From Squalus acanthias (Eukaryota): a DNA stretch of 64,000 nucleotides. Below are positions 26,736-38,560 of this stretch, piece after piece. The position numbers were made by a program, and so were the translations under genes. Numbering within the stretch: position 1 is the first letter of the stretch; each line of letters opens with the position of its first letter. Below the pieces are notes generated by a model. The model did not search any database. It was not told the origin of the DNA and saw only the letters and a program-made list of their open reading frames with translations. Location of the stretch: positions 12,090,001-12,154,000 of the forward strand of contig CM059432.1 in the NCBI GenBank assembly GCA_030390025.1. Reading direction: 5' to 3'.

Positions 26736-27754
26736 TCCTAAAGCTGAAAAGTATCATCTTTGTTTTTAAGAAAAGCTTATAATTGACCTTGGGATGTGTC
26801 TAACCACTGGATCCAGGTCAGTGGACAGCCAGATGCAGAGCTGTGACATCTGTTGCAAGGACACCTGCAGCTACCAGGCAGCACAGGACTTGCACATTCA
26901 GTGATAGTAACGGTCAGTTGTTGCCTGAAACTTGGCTCTACCTTCTTGTACGCATGTTGCAATTCTGACCTTTGCGGACAGTGCTGTGAAATTGGCTCCC
27001 GGTCCGGCAACGCCTCAATTTTAAAATTCTCATCCTTGTTCTCTGTAGCCCCCTCCGCCCCTACAAGCCTTTAAGAACTCTGCGCTCCTCCAATTCTGGC
27101 TTCTTGCGCATCCTTGATTTTAATCACTCCAAACTTGTCGGCCGTGCCTTCAGCTGCCGAGGCCCTAAGCTCTGGAATTCCCTCCCTAAACCTCTCCGCC
27201 TCTCCGCCTCTCCCTCCTCCTTTAAGACGCTCCTTAAAACCTACCTCTTTGACCAAACTTTTGGTCATCTGTCCTAATATCTCCTTTTGTAGCTCGGTGT
27301 CCAATTCTGTCTGATTAAGCTCCTGTGAAACGCCTTGGGACGTTTTACACCGTTAAAGGTGCTATATAAATGCAAGTTGTTGTTGTTGAATGATACAGAG
27401 TACGATGCAGCACTGCCTCCACTTCAGCAGCCATCAAATAGGGGGAGGCTGGGGTCGGTCAGGTGCTGGATAGCTCTGTCACTTTCCTAATGGGTCGAGA
27501 TACCTTCTGAGCTTTTCCAAAGGCTTTTGGAATTTTTTTGTCCCCTTATTCTGATGCTCCCCTTTATTGACCCTTTTCCTTTAAATTTCACTTGCACGCA
27601 ATTTTCTGTTTCCACCACGAGTGTACTCCCTGCACCCATCCTGAAGCTACGCAAATAAACTACCCTCATAAAACTGGGTGTAAACGATACGCTTTCATTT
27701 GAGTCTGTCTAAAACCCACCACTTTCTTGGAAAATTTGTGTGAGTATACCTTGT

Positions 27755-28222
27755 GTCAGCCTGTGTCTCAGTGGGTAGCACTCTCTCGCCTCTGAGTCAG
27801 AAGGTTGTGGGTTTGAGTCCCACTCCAGGGACTTGAGCACAAAAAGCTAGCCTGACACTCCCAGTGCAGTGCTGCGGGAGTGCTGCACTGTCGGAGGTGC
27901 TGTCTTTCAGATGAGACGTTAAACCGAGGCCCTGCCTGCTCTCTCAGGTGGACGTAAAAGATCCCGCGGCACTATTTCAAAGAAGAGCAGGGGAGTTAGC
28001 CCCGGTGTCCTGGCCAATATTTTTCCCTCAATCAACATAACAAAAAAAAACAGATTACCTGGTCATTATCACGCTGCTGTTTGTGGGAGCTTGCTGTGCG
28101 CAAATTGGATGCTACATTACAACAGTGACTACGCTTCAAAAGTACTTAATTGGCTGTAAAGCACTTTGAGACGTCCGGTGGTCGTGAAAGGTGCTATATA
28201 AATCCAAAGTCTTTCTTTCTTT
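27755..28222 (+). mobile_element. DeuSINE (SacSINE1/AmnSINE1-related); other copies 24248-24663 minus, 28816-29272 plus, 49741-50143 plus, 42710-42945 minus
   Basis: Seen: tRNA-like head and central CTTTCRGATGAGACGTTAAACCGAGG..AAAGATCCC..GGCACT..CCCGGTGTCCTGGCCAA block. Known: matches the Deu domain as I recall it. Confidence 0.8.
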
Positions 28223-29619
28223 TAGTCAGAAGCCATGTCCTACTTCATTATCTAATTCCATATCCCCAAGTTTGTACGCAGCGACGATGAGATATATAGT
28301 GGCAAGATCATGTGCTGGCATTTTCGGATCATGTATTTATTTACTGTACAGTCTTGTTTCTGTAAATGCGTTATTGATATAGGTTTTAGAAGCTATTAAT
28401 GCTGTTATTTAACCTATATTTGTGTGACAACCAAAAGAAGAGAACTGCTATTCTGTTGCATCATCGAAACAATTCATCCGTTGGATGCAAAGTCAGCCGG
28501 AAAGGCAGGCTGATTGAAGAAAATCAAATCCCACATATTATGTGTTTTGTTTGAATGATAGTGGGACCTGTTGACAAAGACAGTATATATGGAAAACATG
28601 CAACTTGCCTACTCAGTCATAAATATGTTAAGCTGCTACTTTTAATTTAATCCTTTTTTTAAATTTTAATTCCCACCCATCTGTCGCCTTTCACAGTAGC
28701 ATGTGCCACTTACGGGTGAGAGAGAAGGATGAGACTAAACTCTGTTTTAATCACCATCATGATATTTCTTTCAGATGGTGGGATAGTAAGTGTGCAGCAG
28801 TGGGCTCTACACTATAGGTAGCACCCTCGTCTCTGAGTCAGAAGGTTGTGGGTTCACAGTCCCACTCCAGAGACTTGAGCACATAAATCTAGGCTGACGC
28901 TCCCAGTGCAGTGCTGAGGGAGTGCTGCACTGTCAGAGGTGCCGTCTTTCGGATGAGAGGTTAAACCGAGGCCCCGTCTGCCCTCTCAGGTGGACGTAAA
29001 AGATCCCGCGGCACTATTTCGAAGAAGAGCAGGGGGAGTTCTCCCCGGTGTCCTGGGGCCAATATTTATCTCTCAATCAACATCACTAGAAAAACAGATT
29101 ATCTGGTCATTATCACATTGCTGTTTGTGGGAGCTTGCTGTGCGCAAATTGGCTGCCGCATTTCCTATATTACAACAGTGACTACACTTCAAAAGTACTT
29201 CATTGGCTGTAAAGCACTTTGAGACGTCCGGTGGTCGTGAAAGGCGCTATATAAATTCACATCTTTCTTTTTACTTGGTATAATAGCATCTGAAAGAAAC
29301 ATCAGCGTTGTGCCATTTGAATGCTGTAGGACTTTTAATATTTGTGGTTATTATGTTTTTAAAGTTTTTTAAATGTCTGTTACATGCATTTTAAAGGAAC
29401 AGTAAAGGATTGTGAAATTTCAGTGATATTATCACCATAGCAAACTTAAAATTTTATTCTTTTTACAATTCGGCCTTATCTGTCAAGTTTTAAATCCATC
29501 ACCTGCCTATATTTGTTAGGAGATACATGGGTGCTGTAAAAGTTGAAAATTGCTCCTACAGAGTCTCTCTTCGCCACTTTGACAATGTAGGCAGTTCTGA
29601 CTGAGGGCCACTTCTGTTC

Positions 29620-30557
29620 AGTGTGTATATCAATGATTTGGATATAGGCATAGAGGGCGTGGTGTCCAAATCTGCTGTTGATACCAAAATAGGAGACCAA
29701 AAGAAGCTGTAAAGGAATATTGATAAAATGGGCTGAAAAATGGCAGCTTAAATTCAAGGTAAGTGTGAGGTGATGCATTTTGGTAAAAAAACAACAACAG
29801 TATTATATTCTGAATTGAAGTAGGTTTTCTGGTGTGGAAGAACAGAGGGATTCGGAGCTACAGATTAAAGGCAGCACCTCGGGTTGGTTGACAAGGCTGT
29901 AAGAAAGCTAATAGAATTCTAGGTTTTTATCACAAGAGGTATAGAATATAAAAGTCAAGAGGTAATGATGAGCCTATATAAAACTTTAATATGACCTCAG
30001 TGAGAGTACTGAGCGCAGTAATGGGCTCCACACTATGTGAAGGATCTTGAGGCTTTAGAGAGGATACAATGCAGATTCACTAGGATGCTGCCTGGTATGA
30101 GGAAATACAAATACGGCGAAAGACTTTGAAAAATTGGGTCTTTTATAAATTAGAATAATGCAAATTATGGAGCAATATGATAGAAGGGTTTAAAATTATG
30201 AAAGGATGGGACAGGGTAGATAGAAGCAGAGTGTTTCCAGTAGTTGAGGTCAAGATGAGAAGTCAAAGATACAAGATTAAATGTAAAAGATTTAGAACAG
30301 AGGGCAGGAGAAACTTCCTTACACAGAGAGTTGCAAGGATGCGGAGTTTACTTCCAGGGTTAGTGGTCGAGAAGGAAACTGTCAACCTTTAATATATGGA
30401 TTGGATTGGGGGATGATGGAAAGGGGTTGAAGGGGTATGGGAGCAGGGTGGGTAAATGTGATTGGAACTATTTGCTCATGTGGAGGATAAATGCCAACAC
30501 AGACTGGTTGGGCTGAGCGGACTGTTTCCATCTTGTCACTTCTATGTATTTCTATGT
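29620..30557 (+). mobile_element. Old degenerate CR1 fragment
   Basis: Seen: decayed RT C-terminal motifs (ORF 30177-30392) and CTATGTATTT tail. Confidence 0.75.
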
Positions 30558-30902
30558 AGGCATTGCTACCCTCATCTTGCAACAGCGTAACCACTTACTC
30601 ACCCTGGGCAATGCCACGTGAGATTGCTAGCCTTTAAAGAAAACGCCCACGCTGACTGGTTGGGCTGAATGTCTTGTTTCCGTGTTCTTAGATTTCTGTG
30701 TATCTCACCCATTTTATATATAAAGGCAGGAACTACATTGCCAGAAATGCTGGTCATGGCGTTAGCACATATGCTGCAAGTCAGGAAAAAATATTAGATC
30801 ATATTTTCACCTAGATTTGCAAGTCTTAAAAGCCCCTCCATTATCTAATCCTAATTTACCAGTATCTCTAAAAGAACTGGTCATTGGGAATTTTTTTTTT
30901 TA

Positions 30903-31310
30903 ATTCATTCACGGGATGTGGACATCACCGGCAAGACCAGCATTTATTGCCCATCCCTGATTGCCCTCGAGAAGGTGGTGGTGAGCTGCCTTCTTGAATA
31001 AAATTGAGTGGCTTGCTAGGCCATTTCAGAGGGCAGTTAAGAGTTAACCACATTGCTGTGGGTCTGGAGTCACATATCGGCCAGACCGGGTAAGGGCAGC
31101 AGATTTCCTTCCCTAAAGGACATTAGTGAACCAGATGGGTTTTTACGACAATCCGGTAGTTTCATGGTCACCATTACTGATACTAGCTTTTTATTGCAGA
31201 TTTATTCAATTAACTGAATTTAAATTCCCCAGCTGCTGATGGTCACGTCTCTTGATCATTAGTCCAGGCCTCAGGATTACTAGTCCAGTAACATAACCAC
31301 TATGCTACCG
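30903..31310 (-). mobile_element. tRNA-derived SINE sharing its tail with the LINE family at 11998-12290 (decayed copy about 5880-6150 plus)
   Basis: Seen: minus-strand head GGTAGCATAGTGGTTATGTTACTGGACTAGTAATCC and tail TTCAAGAAGGCAGCTCACCACCACCTTCTC..CACATCCCGTGAATGAAT. Confidence 0.7.
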
Positions 31311-31576
31311 TACCCCTGTTGGCAACATAATGACGTTTACAGATTCCGTCAACAAATGTCTTGTGTCTCCCGAAGGAGTTACTGAGGCTGACTGCAAATG
31401 AAATTAACTGTCATACACAAGGGATGATTCAGCATCAACTTTATGTGTTCATTCAGCTTTCTTGCCTCATCACTCTCAGCGATACTCAACGGTGAGTTTG
31501 CACAATGTTGTTGTAAAGCACTCACCGCTTGAACAGAAATGTTCAAACAAATAAACTGCCTTTAGCTCCTCCTAAA

Positions 31577-33033
31577 AACATAGAAAAATAGAAAAATAAG
31601 AGCAGGAGTAGGCCATTCGGCCCTTCGAGCCTGCTCCGCCATTCAATATGATCGTGGCTGATCCTCTATCTCAATACCATATTCCCGCTCTCTCCCCATA
31701 CCCCTTGATGCCTTTTGTGTCTAGAAATCTATCTATCTCCTTCTTAAATATATTCAGTGACTTGGTCTCCACAGCCTTCTGTGGTAGAGAATTCCACAGG
31801 TTCACCACCCTGAGTGAAGAACTTTCTCCTCATCTCAGTCCTAAATGTCCTACCCCATATCCTGAGACTGTGACCCCTCATTCTAGACCCCCCAGCCAGG
31901 GGAAACATCCTCCCTGCATCCAGTCTGTCTAGCCCTGTCAGAATTTTATACGTTTCAATGAGCTCCCCTCTCATTCTTCTAAACTCTAGTGAATACAGGC
32001 CTAGTCGACCCAATCTCTCCTCATACGACAGTCCTGCCATCCCAGGAATCAGTCTGGTGAACCTTCGCTGCACTCCCTCTATGGCAAGTATATCCTTTCT
32101 TAGGTAAGGAGACCAAAACTGCACACAGTACTCCAGGTGTGGTCTCACCAAGGCCCTGTATAACTGTAGTAAGACATCCTTGCTCCTGTACTCAAATCCT
32201 CTTGCAATGAAGGCCAACATACCATTTGCCTTCCTAACTGCTTGCTGCACCAGCATGTTTGCTTCCAGTGACTAGTGTACAAGGACACCCAGGTCCCTCT
32301 GTACATCAACATTTCCCAATCTAACACCATTTAAATAATACTCTGCCTTTCTGTTTTTCCTACCGAAGTGGATAACTTCACATCCACATCATGCTGAAAG
32401 TGACTGACTAAGTAATCCAGGTTCAAAACTAACCACTCTAAATCTAGGCCCTTCCTATAAAATTTGCACCAGTTGCAGCATTATTTGGCTCGACAATCCT
32501 CAGACAGAGCTATTAATTGACTAATTTGGCCTCTCTGCCAATAATGAGGCCTGCCAAATGGGCAGCTAGAAACTGGAATAGCACTACACCGCCTCCAGTA
32601 TAGCGCAACAAGAAACCAGTGTAGATCTTCAACTCAGTGTCATGCTGCACAGTATGAAACTGCCCGACCTCAAAATCATGAGGGGGTCTAGATAGAGTAG
32701 ATAGGGAGAAGCTGTTCCCATTGGCGGAAGGGCCGAGAACTAGAGGACACAGATTTAAGGTGACTGACACAAGAACCAAAGGCGACATGAGGAAAAACTT
32801 TTTTACGCAGTGAGTGGTTAGGATCTGGAATGCACTGCCTGAAAGGGTGGTGGAGGTAGACTCAATCATGGCTTTCAAAAGGGAATTGGATAAGTACCTG
32901 AAGGAAAATTTTTTGCAGGGCTACGGGGAAAGGGCGGGGGAGTGGGACTAGCTGGAGTGCTCTTGCAGAGAGCCGGCACGGGCTCGATGGGCCGAATGGC
33001 CTCCTTCTGTGCTGTAACCATTCTATGATTCTA
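31577..33033. mobile_element. CR1 fragments (31577-32385 minus; 32670-33033 plus)
   Basis: Seen: ORF 31744-32256 is an ORF2 C-terminus; tails present. Confidence 0.88.
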
Positions 33034-33596
33034 TTTACCAGCTTAAGTCCAACTTGTGCCCTTGGACCAGTCTATTTGCACCATTATGTAGATTTATGTG
33101 TCACGCTTGCAACCCTGTTATCCTAAATGGTGCTCTAAATTTGGCAGGAAAATAGAGTAAGTATACTTGTTGGCATGTGAGCACTTAATACCAAAGTCCT
33201 TAATCTGACAAGGGCATTCGAATGAAGTCCTGCCCATTGAGAGAGTTGTTTCAACTTTCCTTTCTGCTGAGCTCTGCAGGGTCCCTGTAGCTGAGAGTTA
33301 ACCTCACTCTCCAGTGCAAGTTTTCTTCCCCTATAGAAATGGGGATGTTTTGTCTGGATTGCTGGCCCTCTTTCACATTGTCCTGATATGACCGCTTCAA
33401 ATGTCACTAAGGTGAATACGCTTCTGTGACTAAATTATCTTTTCATGATGCCCATTCCCATTAAAATGTTTTGCCAAACTGAGTATGGCACTGTTGCTCA
33501 GTTTAAAATCGTTCCATCTATGAGGCATGGCTTGAAAACTATATTATTTAACAGATACTTCATTATAGATTAGGGCCAACAATCAGAAGCTAGTTC

Positions 33597-34895
33597 TAAA
33601 AACAGAAAATGCTGGAAACACTCAGCAGGTCAGGCAGCATCTGTGGAGAGAGAAACAGAGTTAACGGGTGCGATCTTGCCAGCCCTGGGGAGGCGGGTTT
33701 GGAGGCGGGATTGCTGGGAAAATGGCAGAATCTGGGGATGGGTACCCATCTCGCCCCCAACCTGCCTCCGTGCCATCTTCCCAGGAGGCAGGTACCCGAC
33801 CCGTGCCGGGTCCCGTCTCCTCGAGGCGGGAAGGGGATTAGTGCCAATTAACTGCCTGTTAACAGATAGTTTAACAGGCAGTTTTTTGGCTAATCCCTAT
33901 TTTGAACCCTAAAGTGTGGGCTTCCCGACAGCGCCGAACCTCGCCAGGGTCAGCGAGGCGAGCCGTGGGTCTGCGGGGGTCGGAGGGGCCGAAATGTCCG
34001 GTGTGCAGGTGAGTGATGAGTGCAAGTGTGGAGAGGTAAGTGTGTGAGGTGACTCTAAAGTGTTTTAATAAGATTACTTACCTTTGTTTCTTCCTCCAGG
34101 CTTCATCCCTTTAGGCTGCGGAGCTGCCTCATCTCACCGGCAGAGATGACAGAATGGCCGCTGTATTCTTAAATGCAGCAGCCTTCTGCTCAGAAAAGCT
34201 TTCTAAGTGAGTCTTGAGTAAAGGACCCAACTTAGAAGACAGATTGTCAGTGTTTGACGGCTTCACAGAGCTGTCAAACACTGACAATTCATCTGTCAAA
34301 AAATCTTGACAGATGAAACGTCATACGCTGACGTTCTCTGTAACCGGCTTTCCCTTAATTGGCCTGCTAAGCCCTCTGGGAGGGCTTAACAAGGTCAATC
34401 AAGAGAAAATAGCATGGGTTGGCTGGATGTCGATGGAGGCGGGACTAAAACCCGACAAGCAGCTTTCCCGCCTCCATCACGTCCCCATTGATAAAATCAT
34501 CCCCAAGGTGTCAGGTTGATGACCTTTCCTCAGAACTGGAGAAATGTAACAGGTTTTTAAGCAAGTACAGAGGCAGAGAGATGGGGGAGGGGATGAAAGA
34601 ACAAAGGGGAAGGTATGTGATCGGGTGGGAGGCAGGAGGAGAGATTAAATGATAAAAGGGATGATGGTGCGAGGCAAAAGGAGATGGTAATGGGACAAGT
34701 AAAGAAACAAAAGATGGGTCCAGAGGAGGTGTAAATGGGAATATCAGGATCATCTCCAACAGCTGCCGTCCTTAAAAATGGGGACAGAGGTTATGATCTG
34801 AAATTGTTGAACTCAATGTTTAACTCAAGATAAGCTCAAGGAACAGCACCTCATCTTTCGATTCGGCACTTTACATCCCGAGTTCAACAATTTCA
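33597..34895 (-). mobile_element. Penelope-like element 3' end/pLTR (family A) with endonuclease C-terminal remnant, interrupted by a MITE
   Basis: Seen: minus strand 34791-34820 encodes NIEFNNFRS-stop; an inverted piece at 34832-34894 encodes KLKEQHLIFRFGTLHPEFNNF. Known: E..I..L.TL.P.GLN is the conserved end of PLE GIY-YIG domains. Confidence 0.75.
33666..34504. mobile_element. Harbinger-like MITE, second family, inserted into a Penelope-like repeat
   Basis: Seen: GGGTGCGATCTT / AAAATCATCCCC ends, flanks AAC/AAG, host repeat resumes on both sides. Shares blocks TAACTGCYTGTTAACAG, GGGCTTCCCGAC, CTGTCAAACACTGA and GGGCTTAACAAGG with 19494-20341. Confidence 0.7.
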
Positions 34896-35473
34896 TTGTT
34901 TTCAGTCCCCGCCAAACCGACTCCATCCCTCTCCCTGGCAACTGTCTGAGGCTGAACCAGGCTGTTTGCAACATTGGTGTCGTATTTGACCCCAAGGTGA
35001 GCTTCCGACCACATATCCGCGCCATCACTAAGACCGCCTACTTCCACCTCCGTAACTGCCTGAAAGGGTGGGTGGAGGCTGACTCAATCGTGGCTTTCAG
35101 AGGGGAATTGGATAAGTACCTGAAGGAAAAAAAATTGCAGGGCTACGGGGAAAGGGCGGGGGAGCGGGACTGGCTGAAGTGCTCTTGCAGAGAGCTGGCA
35201 CGGGCTCGACGGGCCGAATGGCCTCCTTCTGTGCTGTAACCAGTCTATGATCCGATAATAGTTAGCCAACACATCCATCCTCAGGGCACACCACCTTCCC
35301 ACGCCAATTGGAAAGCCAACAGACGCGTCATTACCCGATTAGATAGTCTCGACTGTCTTTTTTTCCCCCATCTCCAATATTTTTATAACTAGTAAACAAA
35401 ACTGTTCACAGAAAAAAACCATTTTTTAATACCTCTGATTTTTATTTCCTGGGTTGTTCGCAGCAGTGGCAAC

Positions 35474-35613
35474 CAATGCTCCCTCTAATATTTTTCCGTG
35501 CGCGGTCCCTTTAAATTTGCTGCGCGGTAACTCTTCCAGCGGCAGCAGCCGGTGAGCGGCCTGGGCAGGACCTCGCGATTGATGCGCGACCGCGCCTCTT
35601 AGGGGGAACATTG
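35474..35613. mobile_element. hAT-type MITE (140 bp), related to 18041-18204
   Basis: Seen: CAATGCTCCCTCTAA / TTAGGGGGAACATTG TIR, 8-bp flanks GTGGCAAC/ATGGCAAC, shared AGCCGGTGAGC block. Confidence 0.8.
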
Positions 35614-35699
35614 ATGGCAACCCTAAATGCATAGACCAGTTGGGGCGAATGGCCTGTTTCCTGTGCTGTACAATCTATAGGGGGTAATTTTAATATAAC

Positions 35700-37370
35700 C
35701 TGCCGGACAAGAGACCCACAGGATTTGGTGGACAGAGCTTGGAGACAGAGCTGGGAGATCGCAAACAGAGTGGATCGCCAGCAGAGTGGAGGAATTTTGT
35801 GAGCACAGGAATTCAGTGGAGGAGGAAGAAGGCGGTGGAGACGTCTGACTGAAAAGGAGGAGTGGAGCCACAGAACCCAAGGTCTCTAAGTTAATAGGCA
35901 CAAGAGCGGACCTGCGGGAGAGCGAGAGGAGCGGCCGCAGATCAAAGTAGGCCCGAGAGCCCGGAGGGAGCGCGAGTGTCAGGGAGTGAGGTAAGTGACG
36001 TTAGCGCAAGGGAAGGAGCTGATTGGTGAGTAGTTGGTGAGTGTTTTTTTGTCTTAAGTTTACTTCTGTTAAGTTACTTAATAGTCTATTAAGTAGAGGC
36101 ATGGCAGGGCACCTTGGTCCCGTGGAATGCACATCTTGTGCCATGTGGGGACTCCAGGATGCTTCCCGTGTCCTGGACAACCACATGTGCAGGAAGTGTC
36201 GTCAGCTCGAGGAGCTATTTGGCTAGAGTTGAGAAACAATAGAGGTGCCATTACACTACTAGGTGCATTCTATAGGCCGCCAACTAGTGGGAAGAATATA
36301 GAGGAGCAAATTTGCAGGGAAATTACAGAGAGGTGCAAGAACTATAGAGTAGTGATAATGGGGGACTTCAACCGTCCCAATATAGACTGGGATAGTAATA
36401 GTGTAAAGGGCAGAGAGGGGGAAGAAATCCTGAAGTGTGTTCAGGAGAACTTTCTTGATCAGAATGTTTCCGGCCCAACGAGGAAGGAGGCATTGCTGGA
36501 TCTGGTTCTGGGGAATGAGGTGGGCCAGGTAGAGCAAGTGTCAGTAGGGGAACATTTAGGGAACAGTGATCACAGTATCATAAGGGTTAGATTAGCTATG
36601 GAAAAGGACAAAGAGCAAGCTAGAGTAAAAATACTTAATTGGAGGAAGGCCAATTTTCAGCGGGTTGAGAATGAATCTGGCCCGGGTAAATCAAAGTGTT
36701 GAATCAAAGATTGGCAGGCAAAACTGTAATCGAACAACAGGCTGCCTTTAAAGAGGAGATGGTTCGGGTACAGTCGAGGTACATTCCCACTAGGGGGAAA
36801 GGTAGGACAACCAAAGCCAGAGCTCATTGGATGATGAAAGAGATAGAAAGTAAGATGAAGCAGAAAAAGGGGGCGTATGACAGATGTCAGGGTGAGAATA
36901 CAAGTGAGAACCAGGCTGAATATAAAAAGTTCAGAGGGGAAATGAAAAAGGAAATAAGAGGGGCAAAGAGAGAGTATGAGAATAGATTGGCAGCTAACAT
37001 AAAGGGGAATCCAAAAGTCTTCTATAGGCATATAAATAGTAAATGGGGAGTAAGAGGAGGGGTGGGGCCAATTAGGGGCCAAAATGGAGACCTACACATG
37101 GAGGCAGAGGGCATGGCTGAGGTACTAAATGAGTACTTTGCATCTGTCTTTACCAAGGAAGAAGGTGCTGCCAAAGTCATAGTGAAAGAGGAGGTAGTTG
37201 AGATATTGGATGGGATAAAAATTGATAAAGAGGAGGTACTAGAAAGGCTGGCTGTACTTAAAGTAGGTAAGTCACCAGGACGAGATGGGATGCATCCTAG
37301 GATGCTGAGGGAAGTAAAGGTGGAAATTGTGGAGGTACTGGCCATAATCTTCCAATCCTCCTTGGATACT
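35700..37370 (+). mobile_element. CR1 5' portion: 5' UTR, ORF1 zinc-finger start fused by deletion to ORF2 endonuclease/tether
   Basis: Seen: MAGHLGPVECTSCAMW..HMCRKCRQLEEL from 36101, then IWLELRNNRG..FYRPP..GDFN..SDH and SPGRDG. Known: the CxxC..CxxC N-terminus of CR1 ORF1. Left boundary uncertain. Confidence 0.8.
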
Positions 37371-37422
37371 AGAGTTAGAAACTAGGGTTGCCTAAAAATA
37401 TATATGGTTATGCGAATGAAAC

Positions 37423-38560
37423 TGTATCGCAAATAATAGTGTTCAAATGATTGTATTAGTGCTCGAGACAAGTAAGGGGTTAATGTATAAGTTGTGTTTT
37501 ACTGGAACGGTGTAAGTTTTGTTTTCCTGGAGGCTGGTATTAGACTTTGAGACAAAATGCCTTCAGTTAGTTAGATTAGATGAGGCATAACATCCCATAG
37601 TATGGCCTTGTCAGCTAACAGGCTAGCTGTCTGTTGTTTGTAAGTTTAGGATTTTGACTCTGTTGTTTTGTCTTTAATTTGGCCAATGAAGGCCCAACCC
37701 ATGTTTCTTCCATTGTTACTAATAACCATATTATAATGCTAAGGTAGAATTTGAAGTTTGTTTAACAGAACTGCTTGCGAAGATAATTAAAAGTTAATTA
37801 GTATAAAGGACATGGACTGGAAGGAATTTATGGGAGTTAAGGTACCATCTCAGTCTGTTAGATTAAAGGGGAGATAATTTGGATGGCGGCTGGTTGAATA
37901 AGACAGCTCTGGCTTGGGCCTCTGATTTAATGGCCCAAAGCTGTGCCTGGTACACGCACTGGCTGCACCAGGGGGGACAAGACAGGATGAGATAAGAGAC
38001 TATTGCTTTGGAAGGAAAGGGCCGGATGAGATAAGGGAGGACAGTCCTCAACATGCTGTAAGGCCATGATTGGTCAAGTACAGAAAGCATGTGTAATGGT
38101 TGTGAAGACCCCTTGAGGGAGGGTCTTCATCGGTAGGTTTAGACAAAGAACTCGACATGCCATTGAGCACCTTGTTTTAAGGGGAACCTCTATTGGTTAA
38201 ATGGTCTTGTCCATTATTCTACCTCAGGCCCACCCCTAAAATGAGAATAAAAGGAAGAGCTAAAGAACTCTTAGCTCAGACCGTGGAGTGAGGGGCTCCC
38301 AAGAGTGGAAATGGTGGTCTAACACTCTTCAGAGAGTGGACCCATGCGGACCCTAGTCTAACATTCTTGTGTAGTTCAGAGAAAGAGAGAGAGAGAGACA
38401 TACGTGAAACAAGAAGGAGAATGAATAAGAAGAGTTGTTTGTGCACGCCAGCCGTCTGTCCGATCGGGTCCGGTACCAGCTGCTTGTCACGGTCGTATGT
38501 TTTTGCTGTATAACTAGTGTGTTATATTCCATCCTAAACTCTGAATAAACACAGTATACA
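37423..38560 (+). mobile_element. Possible solo LTR-like sequence
   Basis: Seen: TGTAT...ATACA ends, ATTGG boxes, GAATAAAAG TATA-like motif near 38245 and AATAAA near 38544. No TSD found, and the right end overlaps a CR1 start. Confidence 0.35.
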
